A stretch of DNA of 64,000 nt from an uncultured Bacilli bacterium (GCA_910576795.1 CAJTIX010000002.1:43372-107371), one strand, 5' to 3'. Numbered from the stretch's first letter, positions 7,812 to 18,256 are shown. Program-made: numbers and translations. The notes: a model not told the origin generated them from the letters alone.

Positions 7812-8634
7812 TCAAGTACAAAAAGGAAATAAAATGTCATTTAATTTGTTTATGACAAACAGTACAGTTCAAAAAAAAGTGAATGAAATTATTGGTGGTC
7901 AAAAAGGACAACGTTTTATAACAGCTATCATTAGTGCTGTAAATAACAATGAAGCATTAAAAGAGTGCGAACATACATCAATTTTCAATGCAGCGCTTTT
8001 AGGAGAAACATTGAATTTAAGTCCAAGTCCTCAATTAGGACATTACTATTTGGTACCATTTAAAAACACAAAAAAGGGTGTTACAGAAGCCCAATTTCAA
8101 CTAGGTTACAAAGGATATATTCAATTGGCCATTCGCTCTGGAAAATATAAAAAAATTAATGTATTGGCCATTAAAGAAGGAGAACTTATTAAGTATGATC
8201 CTTTGAATGAAGAAATTGAGGTAAATTTAATTCAAGATGAACTCGAGAGAGAAAAAGCTAAAACAATTGGATATTATGCAATGTTTGAGCATACAAATGG
8301 TTATCGTAAAGCAATGTATTGGTCAAAAGAAAAAATGGAAGCTCATGCTCTTAAATATTCAAAAGGTTATCAAGCTAAAAAAGGATATACTTTCTGGGAA
8401 AAAGACTTTGATGGTATGGCATATAAAACAATGTTAAGACAATTAATCTCTAAATGGGGAATTATGAGTATTGATGATATGGATATGCAAAATGCAATTG
8501 AAAATGATATGGCAGTTATCCATGATGATGGCAAAGAATATGTTGATAATCAAGAAGTTATTATTGAACAAGCAGAAGAATCAAATACAGAACCAACAAA
8601 AGCCGAAAAAATAAGTTTTGATGAAGTCAAATGA
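7798..8634 (+). CDS. recT: RecT/Bet-family single-strand annealing recombinase
   Basis: RFITAIISAV...LGHYYLVPF...GYKGYIQLAIRSGKY segments typical of RecT. Confidence 0.7.
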   Translation: MNQNNQVQKGNKMSFNLFMTNSTVQKKVNEIIGGQKGQRFITAIISAVNNNEALKECEHTSIFNAALLGETLNLSPSPQLGHYYLVPFKNTKKGVTEAQFQLGYKGYIQLAIRSGKYKKINVLAIKEGELIKYDPLNEEIEVNLIQDELEREKAKTIGYYAMFEHTNGYRKAMYWSKEKMEAHALKYSKGYQAKKGYTFWEKDFDGMAYKTMLRQLISKWGIMSIDDMDMQNAIENDMAVIHDDGKEYVDNQEVIIEQAEESNTEPTKAEKISFDEVK

Positions 8635-9269
8635 TAAATTACGAAATTATTAACACTGGTAGCGATGGTAACTGTGTCATTCTAGAAGATTACATTTGTA
8701 TCGATTTAGGTGTGTCGTTTAAAAAAATAAAGGAGTACTACAAAAATATAAAAGTAGTACTTCTGACACACATTCATTCAGACCATTTTAATAAGGCTAC
8801 AATTAAAAAATTAGCATTTGAACGACCTACAATTAGATGGGTGTGTGGCAATTGGTTAGTATCTGAATTAATCACTTGTGGCGTATCTAAAAAGCAAATT
8901 GATGTTGTTGAATTTGGTCAAAAATATGATTATGGATTATTTCATCTGATTCCAATCAAAGCATATCATGATGTTGAAAATCAAGGCTATAGAATTTATT
9001 TGAAAGATAAAAAAATATTATACATAACCGATACTAAAACTTTAGAAGGTATTGAAGCTAGAAATTATGATTTGTATTTAGTAGAAGCAAACTATGTTGA
9101 AAGTGAACTAGAAGAAAAAATAAGTCAAAAAAATTTAAATAACGAATACGCATATGAAATTCGAGTAAAAGAAACGCATTTAAGTAAAGAACAGTGCGAT
9201 CAGTTCATAGCAGATAACGCAAATGAAAACTCATGTTTTGAATATTTACATATGCACAAAGAGAGGTGA
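8631..9269 (+). CDS. Metallo-beta-lactamase-fold hydrolase
   Basis: THIHSDHF (HxHxDH) motif; common next to RecT/SSB in phages. Confidence 0.65.
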   Translation: MINYEIINTGSDGNCVILEDYICIDLGVSFKKIKEYYKNIKVVLLTHIHSDHFNKATIKKLAFERPTIRWVCGNWLVSELITCGVSKKQIDVVEFGQKYDYGLFHLIPIKAYHDVENQGYRIYLKDKKILYITDTKTLEGIEARNYDLYLVEANYVESELEEKISQKNLNNEYAYEIRVKETHLSKEQCDQFIADNANENSCFEYLHMHKER

Positions 9270-9273
9270 TTTT

Positions 9274-9702
9274 ATGAATCGAATTGAATTAGTTGGAAGA
9301 CTTACTGCGAAACCAGAATTAAGATATACAAATTCAAATATACCATTTTCAAGTTTCACAATTGCAGTAAATAGACCAAAACAAAAAGACAAAGAGCAAG
9401 AAACAGATTTTATTGATTGTCGTGTTTGGAGAGGCCAAGCTGAAAATCTAGCAAATTATCAAGATAAAGGCTCACTTATTTCTGTTGAAGGAAGTTTACG
9501 AAAAGAATCTTATCAAGACCAAGAGGGAAACAAAAAATATGTAGTTTATGTATCAGTAGATAGAATTGGATATTTAGAAAGCAAAAAAGCAAGAGAAAAT
9601 CAAGATATAGATTTGCATAGTCAAAGAAATGATTACATAACAGAAGATCCATTTGCAGATTTTGGAGATAGTGTTGCTATCGATGATAACTTTTTAGAGT
9701 AA
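9274..9702 (+). CDS. ssb: Single-stranded DNA-binding protein
   Basis: MNRIELVGRLTAKPELRYT... OB-fold SSB signature; acidic C-terminal tail. Confidence 0.8.
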   Translation: MNRIELVGRLTAKPELRYTNSNIPFSSFTIAVNRPKQKDKEQETDFIDCRVWRGQAENLANYQDKGSLISVEGSLRKESYQDQEGNKKYVVYVSVDRIGYLESKKARENQDIDLHSQRNDYITEDPFADFGDSVAIDDNFLE

Positions 9703-9705
9703 TAC

Positions 9706-10149
9706 ATGGTAGGGAATGCTTATAAACTTATCAAATGGCTTTACGAACAAGATAAACAACAACTCTTTCAAATTAAAAAATACAAAGAAAAAAGAAATAG
9801 AAAACAAAATGCTAAATATTGGACTTTATTAAGCGAATTATCTTTAAAAATGAAAATTGGAATTGAAGAATTACATTTTCAATTGTTGAAATTTTATAGT
9901 CCTAGATATGAAATTGAAGTACCATCAGGAACTGAAATTCGTGGAATTGAATACTGTGAGAAAAAATCAATGGTGTGTAGAGAAACAGGCGAAGTATTTG
10001 ACATTTATCACGTTTATACTCCAAGTCACGAATTAAAAACTGATGAATTTGCGATATTGCTAGAAGGACTATGTGATGAATGTCGTAGACAAGGTATTGA
10101 AACTAGAAGTCCAGAAGAAATAGAAAGAGACAATCAATTAGAGGCATAA
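9706..10149 (+). CDS. Hypothetical protein
   Basis: 147-aa ORF. Confidence 0.4.
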   Translation: MVGNAYKLIKWLYEQDKQQLFQIKKYKEKRNRKQNAKYWTLLSELSLKMKIGIEELHFQLLKFYSPRYEIEVPSGTEIRGIEYCEKKSMVCRETGEVFDIYHVYTPSHELKTDEFAILLEGLCDECRRQGIETRSPEEIERDNQLEA

Positions 10150-10150
10150 C

Positions 10151-10447
10151 ATGAGAAAAGAAGAATTTTGTATAATGCCAGAAAATGAAATTTATAGTAC
10201 CAAACGATTTATTGGAAGTGAAAGACACGAAATTTTTGAGGGTAGAACAGGAAATCGAGATAAATCTATTGAGGATGGTCTTGTTGTGTTTATTACATCT
10301 GAACAACACAGAACGGGTAAACAGTCAGTACATTTAGCACCAAAAGAATGGCTATGGTTAAAAGAACTAGCCGAGAAAACATGGTGCGAATATTACCAAA
10401 AAACTACGGATGACTTTAGAGAAAGATACGGGAGGAATTATTTATGA
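10151..10447 (+). CDS. Hypothetical protein
   Basis: 98-aa ORF. Confidence 0.4.
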   Translation: MRKEEFCIMPENEIYSTKRFIGSERHEIFEGRTGNRDKSIEDGLVVFITSEQHRTGKQSVHLAPKEWLWLKELAEKTWCEYYQKTTDDFRERYGRNYL

Positions 10448-10908
10448 TTTTAGCAATTGATCCAGGTAATATAGAAAGTGCCTATTGCATCATTGACAAA
10501 AACACTTATAAACCAATTGAATTTGCAAAGATAGGTAATAATCAATTACTGGATAATATTAATTCAAAATTTTGTGATACAGAAGTTTTAGCAATAGAAA
10601 TGGTAGCAAGTTATGGTATGCCAGTTGGCAAAGAAGTATTTGAAACTTGTGTTTGGATAGGCAGATTTATAGAAGAGTTTGTAAACTATGTGAATCCAAA
10701 ATATTCTTACATTTATCGAAAAGAAGAAAAAATAAATTTATGTAATTCTATGAAGGCAAAAGATTCAAATATTAGACAAGCTCTAATAGACCGATTTGGA
10801 GAAGTAGGAACAAAGAAAAACCCTGGATGGTTTTATGGATTTAAAGCAGATATTTGGAGTGCATATGCTGTTGGAATTACGTATTTAGATAAGAAAGTTA
10901 ATTTTTAA
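10444..10908 (+). CDS. RuvC-like Holliday junction resolvase
   Basis: N-terminal MILAIDPG as in RuvC-family resolvases of Gram-positive phages. Confidence 0.6.
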   Translation: MILAIDPGNIESAYCIIDKNTYKPIEFAKIGNNQLLDNINSKFCDTEVLAIEMVASYGMPVGKEVFETCVWIGRFIEEFVNYVNPKYSYIYRKEEKINLCNSMKAKDSNIRQALIDRFGEVGTKKNPGWFYGFKADIWSAYAVGITYLDKKVNF

Positions 10909-11057
10909 TATGTCATTAGAGCAATTGTTAATAGTAAATATAGACTTAATGCACTACGAATTTAAATACAAAAATGAGAAAACACCAATAAAAAATATTA
11001 TTATTGGGATGTTTGTAGAAAGATAAAACAACTGATAGAAGAATAGGAGGTCTAACA

Positions 11058-11231
11058 TGATAGAAATAATAAGAATAACATTAATGCTAATTATGCTTGT
11101 AATAGGTTTTATGAAGTGCAATGAATGTGAAGAATTGAAGCGAAAACTAGATATTCAAAAAACAGAAAATAAGTCATTAAGAAGAGTTTTATTTGAAAAT
11201 GATTTGATTCCAGAGGAATTTGTAAAATAAG
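11058..11231 (+). CDS. Small membrane protein (57 aa)
   Basis: ATG with AGGAGG SD; N-terminal TM helix; below track cutoff. Confidence 0.35.
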
Positions 11232-11245
11232 GAGATGATATTACG

Positions 11246-11446
11246 ATGTATGAATCAGAAAGAACGAGAACAGAAGCAACAAATTACATTACACTTACAA
11301 ATTGGCTAAGGGCACGACTAGAAAATCATGAAGAAATAGATTCTAAAGAATTAATAAAATTACTTGAGGCATTAGAAGTTTCAATAAATATTAAAACTAT
11401 CTTAGCAAATAATGTTATAGATGGGCAAATGTCTATATATGACTAG
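11246..11446 (+). CDS. Hypothetical protein
   Basis: 66-aa ORF. Confidence 0.3.
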   Translation: MYESERTRTEATNYITLTNWLRARLENHEEIDSKELIKLLEALEVSINIKTILANNVIDGQMSIYD

Positions 11447-11458
11447 ATAGAGATAAAT

Positions 11459-11644
11459 ATGATAGAAAACTTTAAAGAACTACTATATGCAATATTCAAT
11501 AGTGATCCATGTTCAGAAAAAGGGCAAGAGTTTCCAATTATAGTCTATGACACATTAAATTATGACTTGCCAATTGCAGTATTTAAAAATGCAGTAACGT
11601 GTGCAGAGTTCTTTGGTACAAATAAAAAAAGTTATAAATCATGA
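11459..11644 (+). CDS. Hypothetical protein
   Basis: 61-aa ORF. Confidence 0.3.
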   Translation: MIENFKELLYAIFNSDPCSEKGQEFPIIVYDTLNYDLPIAVFKNAVTCAEFFGTNKKSYKS

Positions 11645-11710
11645 TATATGTCTTAATGTTTTAAAAAAAGATAGATATCGATTAGAAAGGGTAAAAGTAG
11701 AAGATTAGAA

Positions 11711-12826
11711 ATGAAAGTATTAGAATTATTCGGTGGAATTGGTGCTTGTACTAATGCATTAAGAAATTTAAATATTGATTTTGAAATAGTAGATTATGTA
11801 GAAATAGATAAATATGCAGTTAAATCATACAATGCAATTTATGGAACTAATTTTGAACCACAAGATATAACCAAATGGGATAAAAATATAGAAGTAGATT
11901 TGATTATGCATGGATCACCTTGTCAAGATTTCTCTCTTGCTGGAAAACAAGCTGGTGGAGATAAAGACAGTGGAACACGAAGTTCATTAATGTATGAAAC
12001 ATTAAGAATTGTTGAAAAATTAAAACCTAAATATGTAATATGGGAAAATGTCAAAAATATATTGAGCAAGAAACATAAACATAATTTTGACACTTATTTA
12101 GCAAAAATGGAATGTTTAGGATATGTTAATTATTATCAAGTATTAAATGCTAAAGATTATGGAATACCACAAAATCGTGAGAGAGTATTTACTATTAGTA
12201 TTTTAAACGGTGTCAGGTTTGAATTTCCAGCTAAACAAAAACTTAAATTAAGCCTTAAAGATATGCTAGAAGATGAAGTTGATAAAAAATATTATTTAAA
12301 TGAAAAATTAATTCAAAATCTAAAATTTAATAAAAATAATAATTGCAATCCAAGTGGTAAAGGAATGAACGGAAAAGTTCACAATGGAGATGTTGCACCG
12401 ACTTTAACAACAAATAAAGGTGAAGGACCGAAAGTTGATGTTACAAGATTATATGGAATATTTGATAAGGAAAACAAAAGTCATCAAGGTGGAAGTGTTT
12501 ATGATCAAGATGGATTATCACCAACTCTTACTGATATGCAAGGTGGTTATAGACAACCATGTATAGAAGTTAAGAGAGTAATAGAAAAATTACCTGGTAT
12601 GGGTAATGGTGGAGGTAATGTACCAATATTACACGCAAACTTACGAATTCGAAAACTAACACCAAATGAATGTTGGAGATTAATGGGTTTTCAAGATGAA
12701 GACTTTGAGAAAGCCGAAAGAGTTAACTCAAATACTCAGCTATACAAGCAGGCTGGAAACAGTATTGTAGTAAATGTTTTAGAAGCGATACTAGAAAAAC
12801 TATTAAGAGATGAAGAAAATGACTAG
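11711..12826 (+). CDS. DNA (cytosine-5)-methyltransferase
   Basis: Motif I LFGGIG, PCQDFS (motif IV), ENV (motif VI), QAGNS near C-terminus. Confidence 0.85.
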   Translation: MKVLELFGGIGACTNALRNLNIDFEIVDYVEIDKYAVKSYNAIYGTNFEPQDITKWDKNIEVDLIMHGSPCQDFSLAGKQAGGDKDSGTRSSLMYETLRIVEKLKPKYVIWENVKNILSKKHKHNFDTYLAKMECLGYVNYYQVLNAKDYGIPQNRERVFTISILNGVRFEFPAKQKLKLSLKDMLEDEVDKKYYLNEKLIQNLKFNKNNNCNPSGKGMNGKVHNGDVAPTLTTNKGEGPKVDVTRLYGIFDKENKSHQGGSVYDQDGLSPTLTDMQGGYRQPCIEVKRVIEKLPGMGNGGGNVPILHANLRIRKLTPNECWRLMGFQDEDFEKAERVNSNTQLYKQAGNSIVVNVLEAILEKLLRDEEND

Positions 12827-13358
12827 CTTGCAACAATACGAAATAGATAAAATCATTAATAAAGATCATGTAGCAACACCAAGATGGGTTGTAGAAAATA
12901 TTTACGATTTGATTGATATACATTCATTCAAAAATATTTGGTTTCCGTTCAATAACTATGATTCACATTTTAAATTGAAAGCAGATGAGTTGAATCTTAA
13001 ATATAAAGCAACTCATATATTTGATGACTTGGGCAATGATTTCTTCACTACTTTACCACCTAAAGACTGTGATTTGCTTATTAGTAACCCACCATTTGGC
13101 CAACAGAACGATATTATCAAAAGAACGTTCGAATTGGTTGATAAGGGATTAATTAAATCATTCTGTTTACTTTTACCACTATCTACTTTAGAAACACCAA
13201 CTCGAGCAGATATGTATGAAAAATATGCTGATAAGTTATCGATTCTTATTTTTAAGAAACGAATTACATTCATAGGTTGTACAACTGGATTCAACAAAGC
13301 ATGTTGTTGGATATGTTATAACATACCAAATTTACAAAATAAAATTTTATGGATTTAG
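12810..13358 (+). CDS. Putative DNA methyltransferase (NPPF motif), short
   Basis: DCDLLISNPPFG catalytic motif typical of N6A/N4C MTases; only 182 aa. Confidence 0.5.
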   Translation: MKKMTSLQQYEIDKIINKDHVATPRWVVENIYDLIDIHSFKNIWFPFNNYDSHFKLKADELNLKYKATHIFDDLGNDFFTTLPPKDCDLLISNPPFGQQNDIIKRTFELVDKGLIKSFCLLLPLSTLETPTRADMYEKYADKLSILIFKKRITFIGCTTGFNKACCWICYNIPNLQNKILWI

Positions 13359-13373
13359 AAAAGGAGAATAAAA

Positions 13374-13781
13374 ATGGAAGCAAAACAGATGATTTATAGT
13401 GCAGGTAGAAAAAATGAATTACTAGATGCTGGAACGTGTTGTAATTATAATTACTATATTTTAAATTTAGGAACACATCCGACAGCATATGTAGAAATAC
13501 CTTTTAGTCATTCATGGTATGGGAAAGATTATGATGAGATAAATATTGTCGTTCATGGTGGATTAACTTATTCAAATGATAGATTATTTATTAGCGAAAC
13601 TAACGAATTAAAAGGATGGTTTATTGGATGGGATTATGATCATTATGATGATTATGCTGGATATGAAGAAATGATTCCGAAAGAATTTCGTAATGGTGGG
13701 AAGAAATGGACAACAGAGGAAATTCAAAAAGATGTATATGCTGTTTGTAAACAAATAGAAGAATTAGGATGGATAAAATGA
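13374..13781 (+). CDS. Hypothetical protein
   Basis: 135-aa ORF. Confidence 0.4.
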   Translation: MEAKQMIYSAGRKNELLDAGTCCNYNYYILNLGTHPTAYVEIPFSHSWYGKDYDEINIVVHGGLTYSNDRLFISETNELKGWFIGWDYDHYDDYAGYEEMIPKEFRNGGKKWTTEEIQKDVYAVCKQIEELGWIK

Positions 13782-14149
13782 AAATAGAAGTTGGGATGTA
13801 TGTAAGAACAAATGATGGTTATATTGATAAGATTACACGAAAGGATGACTTTTATGATGTCGGATTAAAGTATTTATTAAATAAATTAGAAATATATGTT
13901 TCAGATTACGAAATAAAAAAAGCAAGTTACGACATAATGGATTTGATTAAAGAAGATGACGTCATTAAACATCCAATTTTAGGAATTAGAGGCATAACAA
14001 ATATCAATTTAGAAAGAAAAGAAATTGGTGTTGATGGCTTGACTTGGTGTATCAATTTTGAAAATTTTAAAGAAGCCTTTGAATTAGGAACAATACAAAT
14101 TCTAACACATGAACACTTTGAAAAAGAAAGTTATAAGATTGGAGAGTGA
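13769..14149 (+). CDS. Hypothetical protein
   Basis: 126-aa ORF. Confidence 0.4.
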   Translation: MDKMKIEVGMYVRTNDGYIDKITRKDDFYDVGLKYLLNKLEIYVSDYEIKKASYDIMDLIKEDDVIKHPILGIRGITNINLERKEIGVDGLTWCINFENFKEAFELGTIQILTHEHFEKESYKIGE

Positions 14150-14152
14150 GTT

Positions 14153-14389
14153 ATGACATGGAGAGAATTAGAAGGTGAATCAAGTATCACAAAATCATAT
14201 GTGGCATGGATATTTGAATCGTTAAATGAAACTTTAAAAAAAATAGAAGATGAAGAATTAAAAGATAATTTATTGAATGATTTAATATTGTTAAAAAATC
14301 ATTGTTTTAATAAAAACGGAATTAATGAGAAAGATTTGACAAAAGTGTTGCCAACATTAAAGAGAAAAAAAGAGGTGTCGCATGAGTAA
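14153..14389 (+). CDS. Hypothetical protein
   Basis: 78-aa ORF. Confidence 0.35.
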   Translation: MTWRELEGESSITKSYVAWIFESLNETLKKIEDEELKDNLLNDLILLKNHCFNKNGINEKDLTKVLPTLKRKKEVSHE

Positions 14390-14708
14390 ACTAATATTCA
14401 ATCCTAAAAAGGATATGAAAGAGTTGGAAAAGTATGGATATAAGAGATTAGGTGGAACAGAAGAAGAACATTATCATTGGGGATATTATTCAAAAATAAT
14501 TGAAAGAGTGTTTTTCCCTGATTTAGAAATAATGATATTTTTTAGAGGTAGTAGCAAAGGAAAAATATCTGTAGATTATACAGATAAAGCTAAAATATAT
14601 TATGATTTGAATTTTTATCCAAGACCAAAATTAAAAAAGAAATTCATAAAAGACTTACTAAAAGCCAATTTGATAATTTCGGATGAGGAATTGAAAGATG
14701 ATAGATGA
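14382..14708 (+). CDS. Hypothetical protein
   Basis: 108-aa ORF. Confidence 0.4.
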   Translation: MSKLIFNPKKDMKELEKYGYKRLGGTEEEHYHWGYYSKIIERVFFPDLEIMIFFRGSSKGKISVDYTDKAKIYYDLNFYPRPKLKKKFIKDLLKANLIISDEELKDDR

Positions 14709-14869
14709 GAAACTAGAAACGTTAATTCGAGATAATGAAGCCTTAAGATTAGAAAATACTCGTTTAAAAGAATTAAATACTTATTTGAACAGTGAAAACA
14801 ATTATTTGAAAAATTTAATTGATAAGCTATTAGATAAAAAAGAGAATTCCAAAGAATAGAGGTGTAATT

Positions 14870-15172
14870 ATGACAAAAGAAACAAGTTTTATTTTAGAAT
14901 TCGATGAAACTAACGATAAACAGTTAAAATATTTACTTGAATATTTAATAGATAATGATATTAAATATCATGTATTAAAAAGTGATTATGAACTTGCAAA
15001 AGAAAAAGTTTATAAGCGAGATAAAGACAATCTTATTAAGTATTTAGAAAATAAAATAACTGGTTACGAAATGCAATTTAGCCAAATTAATGGCGATTAT
15101 GGATTACTTAATCCAAAAATAGAAGCATATGAAGATATTTTAGAAAGGATAAAAAGTGGTAAGTATGAGTGA
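14870..15172 (+). CDS. Hypothetical protein
   Basis: 100-aa ORF. Confidence 0.4.
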   Translation: MTKETSFILEFDETNDKQLKYLLEYLIDNDIKYHVLKSDYELAKEKVYKRDKDNLIKYLENKITGYEMQFSQINGDYGLLNPKIEAYEDILERIKSGKYE

Positions 15173-15377
15173 AGAAGAGTTTGCAAAATTAGTAGAAGAA
15201 ATTCCAAGTGTTATAGATAAAAATCCAATCAGTTCATATTACTCAATTAATGTGGATGATCTGCGAAAAGCAGTATTCAGGTTAAATAAAATACCAAATT
15301 ATAATGATTTATTAAAAGAAAACCACCAACTACAAGAAAAGTTAGATAAGATAAATGAAATGCACAATGCACAATGA
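15156..15377 (+). CDS. Hypothetical protein
   Basis: 73-aa ORF. Confidence 0.35.
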   Translation: MVSMSEEEFAKLVEEIPSVIDKNPISSYYSINVDDLRKAVFRLNKIPNYNDLLKENHQLQEKLDKINEMHNAQ

Positions 15378-15473
15378 ATTTATTAAATACATTGAAAGCA
15401 ATCCAAAAATGTTACAAAATCCATTTATATTAAATATGTTTTCTAAAATTAAAGAAATAAAAGGAGAATAGGT

Positions 15474-15917
15474 ATGAGTGAAGAAGAAGTATTAGAACAA
15501 TTGAATAACTTATTAAGAAGATGTGGTTTTGGATTTGATAAAAACGATGTTGAAGCAATAACATTTCTTATACAAGAAAACCAACAACTAAAATCACAAT
15601 TAGAAGATAAAAAACATGAATTAAATGGATTTGTTAATACAATAGCCAAATATTTAGAAATAGAAGATGAAGAAAGTGCAACTTATGATGAAATAATTGA
15701 AAAGCTAGTAAATCTAAAAGGAGCAAAACAACAATTGAAACAAGCAAATGATGTGCTTGATGAGATAAAAGATGTAATCAATCAAATGATAACAACAGGT
15801 TATACAGATAAAGATAGATTCACTTCTTATTTTGCAGTAGGTGAACAAGGTGAATTTGGTTGTAGAGCAAAAGTAATATTAGCAATTTTGAACAAAAGAG
15901 GTGGTACTGGTGAATAG
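15474..15917 (+). CDS. Hypothetical protein
   Basis: 147-aa ORF with AGGAGAAT SD. Confidence 0.45.
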   Translation: MSEEEVLEQLNNLLRRCGFGFDKNDVEAITFLIQENQQLKSQLEDKKHELNGFVNTIAKYLEIEDEESATYDEIIEKLVNLKGAKQQLKQANDVLDEIKDVINQMITTGYTDKDRFTSYFAVGEQGEFGCRAKVILAILNKRGGTGE

Positions 15918-16101
15918 ACAAGAACAAATATTAATACTTAAATGGAGAATAAAGGCTTACGAAGATCAATTGCCATTATTATGTGATGAAGATTATTATC
16001 ATTGTTGCGATATGATAGAACAGTTACAATTGCAACTTAATGAATTGGAAAACGAAAATCAATAAAATTAATTATTTAAATATCTTAAAAAAAGCAGAAG
16101 A

Positions 16102-16233
16102 TTAAAATCTTCTACAACTGCATCCGTTACCGAAAATAAACGACAATAGACAAAATATGAAAATAAAAGGAAGCATTACTATAATGATCGGAACAAATAG
16201 AATGAATAAGAAAAGATATAAAATACAGAACAT
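16102..16233 (-). CDS. Antisense small hydrophobic protein (43 aa)
   Basis: ATG with AAGGAG SD (8-nt spacing), entirely hydrophobic sequence, own hairpin+T-run terminator on minus strand; embedded in plus-strand early region. Confidence 0.4.
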   Translation of the reverse strand: MFCILYLFLFILFVPIIIVMLPFIFIFCLLSFIFGNGCSCRRF

Positions 16234-16330
16234 AGACATCACTCCTTTTAGATATTAAATGCTTGTCGTTAAGAAGTGGCAATAATAAACAAATATGTTT
16301 TAGAAATTTTAGAAGAGGAGAATAAATAAC

Positions 16331-16894
16331 ATGGGATATAGAAATTATTTATATAAAATAAAAAAGAAGAATGTTAATAACATCAGAAACTTAACATTAG
16401 AAGAGATTAAATCCAAATATAGAAACAAAGATGAAGACTGTTATGTTGATATTGATGATTTATTGGGTGATTATGAAACAATATTTGAATTTGGAAAATT
16501 ATATTGGGACAACACAATTGCAAGAATTGAAGCAACTGGAAACCAACTTTTTACTAATGATGAAGTACAAGAGTATTTTAGTGATTATGCACCATATTTA
16601 GTTGGAAAAAATGCTTTAAAAGTAGCTATTGAGATCTATACTAATAAAATTAAAAAGATGTATGAAAATTTAAAAGAACAAGTTGATAATGCTAAAACAG
16701 ATAAGGACAAAGTTGATATATATGCTGCTCATATATATGATTATGACTATTATTGGAAAAAAGATATGGTTATTAATTTGGAAAAAGAAAGTATATGTCA
16801 AAGTTGGTTATATGAACATTTGATTTTTGAATTAGTACACTTATATAAAACAATTGATTTTGAAGAATATGACTTAATATTTTTAGGGTGGTAA
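16331..16894 (+). CDS. Hypothetical protein
   Basis: 187-aa ORF with GGAG SD. Confidence 0.45.
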   Translation: MGYRNYLYKIKKKNVNNIRNLTLEEIKSKYRNKDEDCYVDIDDLLGDYETIFEFGKLYWDNTIARIEATGNQLFTNDEVQEYFSDYAPYLVGKNALKVAIEIYTNKIKKMYENLKEQVDNAKTDKDKVDIYAAHIYDYDYYWKKDMVINLEKESICQSWLYEHLIFELVHLYKTIDFEEYDLIFLGW

Positions 16895-17229
16895 CTATGC
16901 TAACACTACCAATTAAAAAGAAATGGTTTGATATGATTCTATCTGGTGAGAAGAAAGAAGAATATCGAGAAATAAAACCATACTGGACTAAAAGACTTTT
17001 AAAGACCGATATTGATTTTGATATAGAAAGATTACAAGAACAATTAAGAAAGAAAAACAGTTATTTAGATAGAACTGTAATATTTAGAAATGGTTATTCA
17101 AGTAATAGTCCTTCTATAAAATGCATGGTTTCAATAAATATCAATTATGGAAAACTTGAGTGGGGAGCCGAAAAGGACAAGCTATATTATGTTTTGAAGA
17201 TTTTAAGTGTAGAGGAAGTGAAAAAGTGA
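16888..17229 (+). CDS. ASCH (PUA-like) domain protein
   Basis: LPIKKKWFDMILSGEKKEEYR matches ASCH N-terminal signature. Confidence 0.55.
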   Translation: MVTMLTLPIKKKWFDMILSGEKKEEYREIKPYWTKRLLKTDIDFDIERLQEQLRKKNSYLDRTVIFRNGYSSNSPSIKCMVSININYGKLEWGAEKDKLYYVLKILSVEEVKK

Positions 17230-17408
17230 AGAAATTAGATAAACGCATAAAAGCTTTTCTCATAACATTAGGGATTGTTATATCAACTTCTCTAATATTA
17301 ATTCTATTTTGGGTTTATCCAATAATGATTTTTATAGTGGGAGCAGTGGCTATATTTTTAACATTATATTATGTTATCTTGAGCATACTTCTTGAGGAAA
17401 GGAAGTGA
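17226..17408 (+). CDS. Small membrane protein
   Basis: GTG start with AGGAAG SD; two TM helices. Confidence 0.35.
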   Translation: MKKLDKRIKAFLITLGIVISTSLILILFWVYPIMIFIVGAVAIFLTLYYVILSILLEERK

Positions 17409-17412
17409 AAAA

Positions 17413-17607
17413 GTGTTAAAAATAGGCGATAAAATATTTAAAAAAGATGAAATTGTATTTATAGAAAAATTGGATAATCATATGTCTCAATATTGGATAA
17501 ACGTTCATTTAAAAAATGAAACATGTGTGACAGTATCATTTAATGACCGTGATATAAGAAATAAAAATTTTGATGGTTTGGTAAAGAAAGTAGATGATGA
17601 TAAATGA
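17413..17607 (+). CDS. Hypothetical protein
   Basis: GTG start with AGGAAGTG SD. Confidence 0.3.
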   Translation: MLKIGDKIFKKDEIVFIEKLDNHMSQYWINVHLKNETCVTVSFNDRDIRNKNFDGLVKKVDDDK

Positions 17608-17786
17608 ATAAAACAATACTAAAAATACTATATGATGTGCTTATTATATTACTATTTACAATGACAGTAATAGCAATATTTACTGAACAAACAGAAATTG
17701 CTTTGTTGGGGTTGATTTTGTTAGATATGAAGTTGAGAGATAGAAAGGAAAAGGTGAAAGAATATGAAAACAGTAAAAACGATTGA
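17604..17786 (+). CDS. Small membrane protein
   Basis: 60 aa, TM helix. Confidence 0.3.
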   Translation: MNKTILKILYDVLIILLFTMTVIAIFTEQTEIALLGLILLDMKLRDRKEKVKEYENSKND

Positions 17787-18213
17787 AGTTATAGATCTAT
17801 TAAATGAAATAAAAAATGGTAATTACAGTAAAATACAACAAATGAAAATGTATAAAAATAATAGAAGAATATATTATGACAAATCATTAGGTTGCAATTT
17901 AGGCTCTATTAAATTTTGTGATAATAACATGAAAGTTATTCATAGCAATATGAACTTACTTGAAGCTATACAGATTAGAGAAGACATACTAGATGCCAAA
18001 GAAAAAGAATGGTTAAGACATTTTATAAAAAGTGTAAAAATGGATGTAATAAGTATAGAAAAAAGAGATATTAATGGCAACGAAGAAAGACTCTATATAA
18101 ATTATATATTTAAATCTAAACGTTTACATGGATTTCCACCTTTTGAAAAAGGAACTATGTACAAAAATATGAAACCTAACAAAGAATATACGCTTGCAGA
18201 ACTAGAACTTTAA
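17764..18213 (+). CDS. Hypothetical protein
   Basis: 149-aa ORF. Confidence 0.4.
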   Translation: MKTVKTIEVIDLLNEIKNGNYSKIQQMKMYKNNRRIYYDKSLGCNLGSIKFCDNNMKVIHSNMNLLEAIQIREDILDAKEKEWLRHFIKSVKMDVISIEKRDINGNEERLYINYIFKSKRLHGFPPFEKGTMYKNMKPNKEYTLAELEL

Positions 18214-18256
18214 TTTAATCAGGGGGAATGGTTGAATTAGAAAGTAGGTGTAGATA

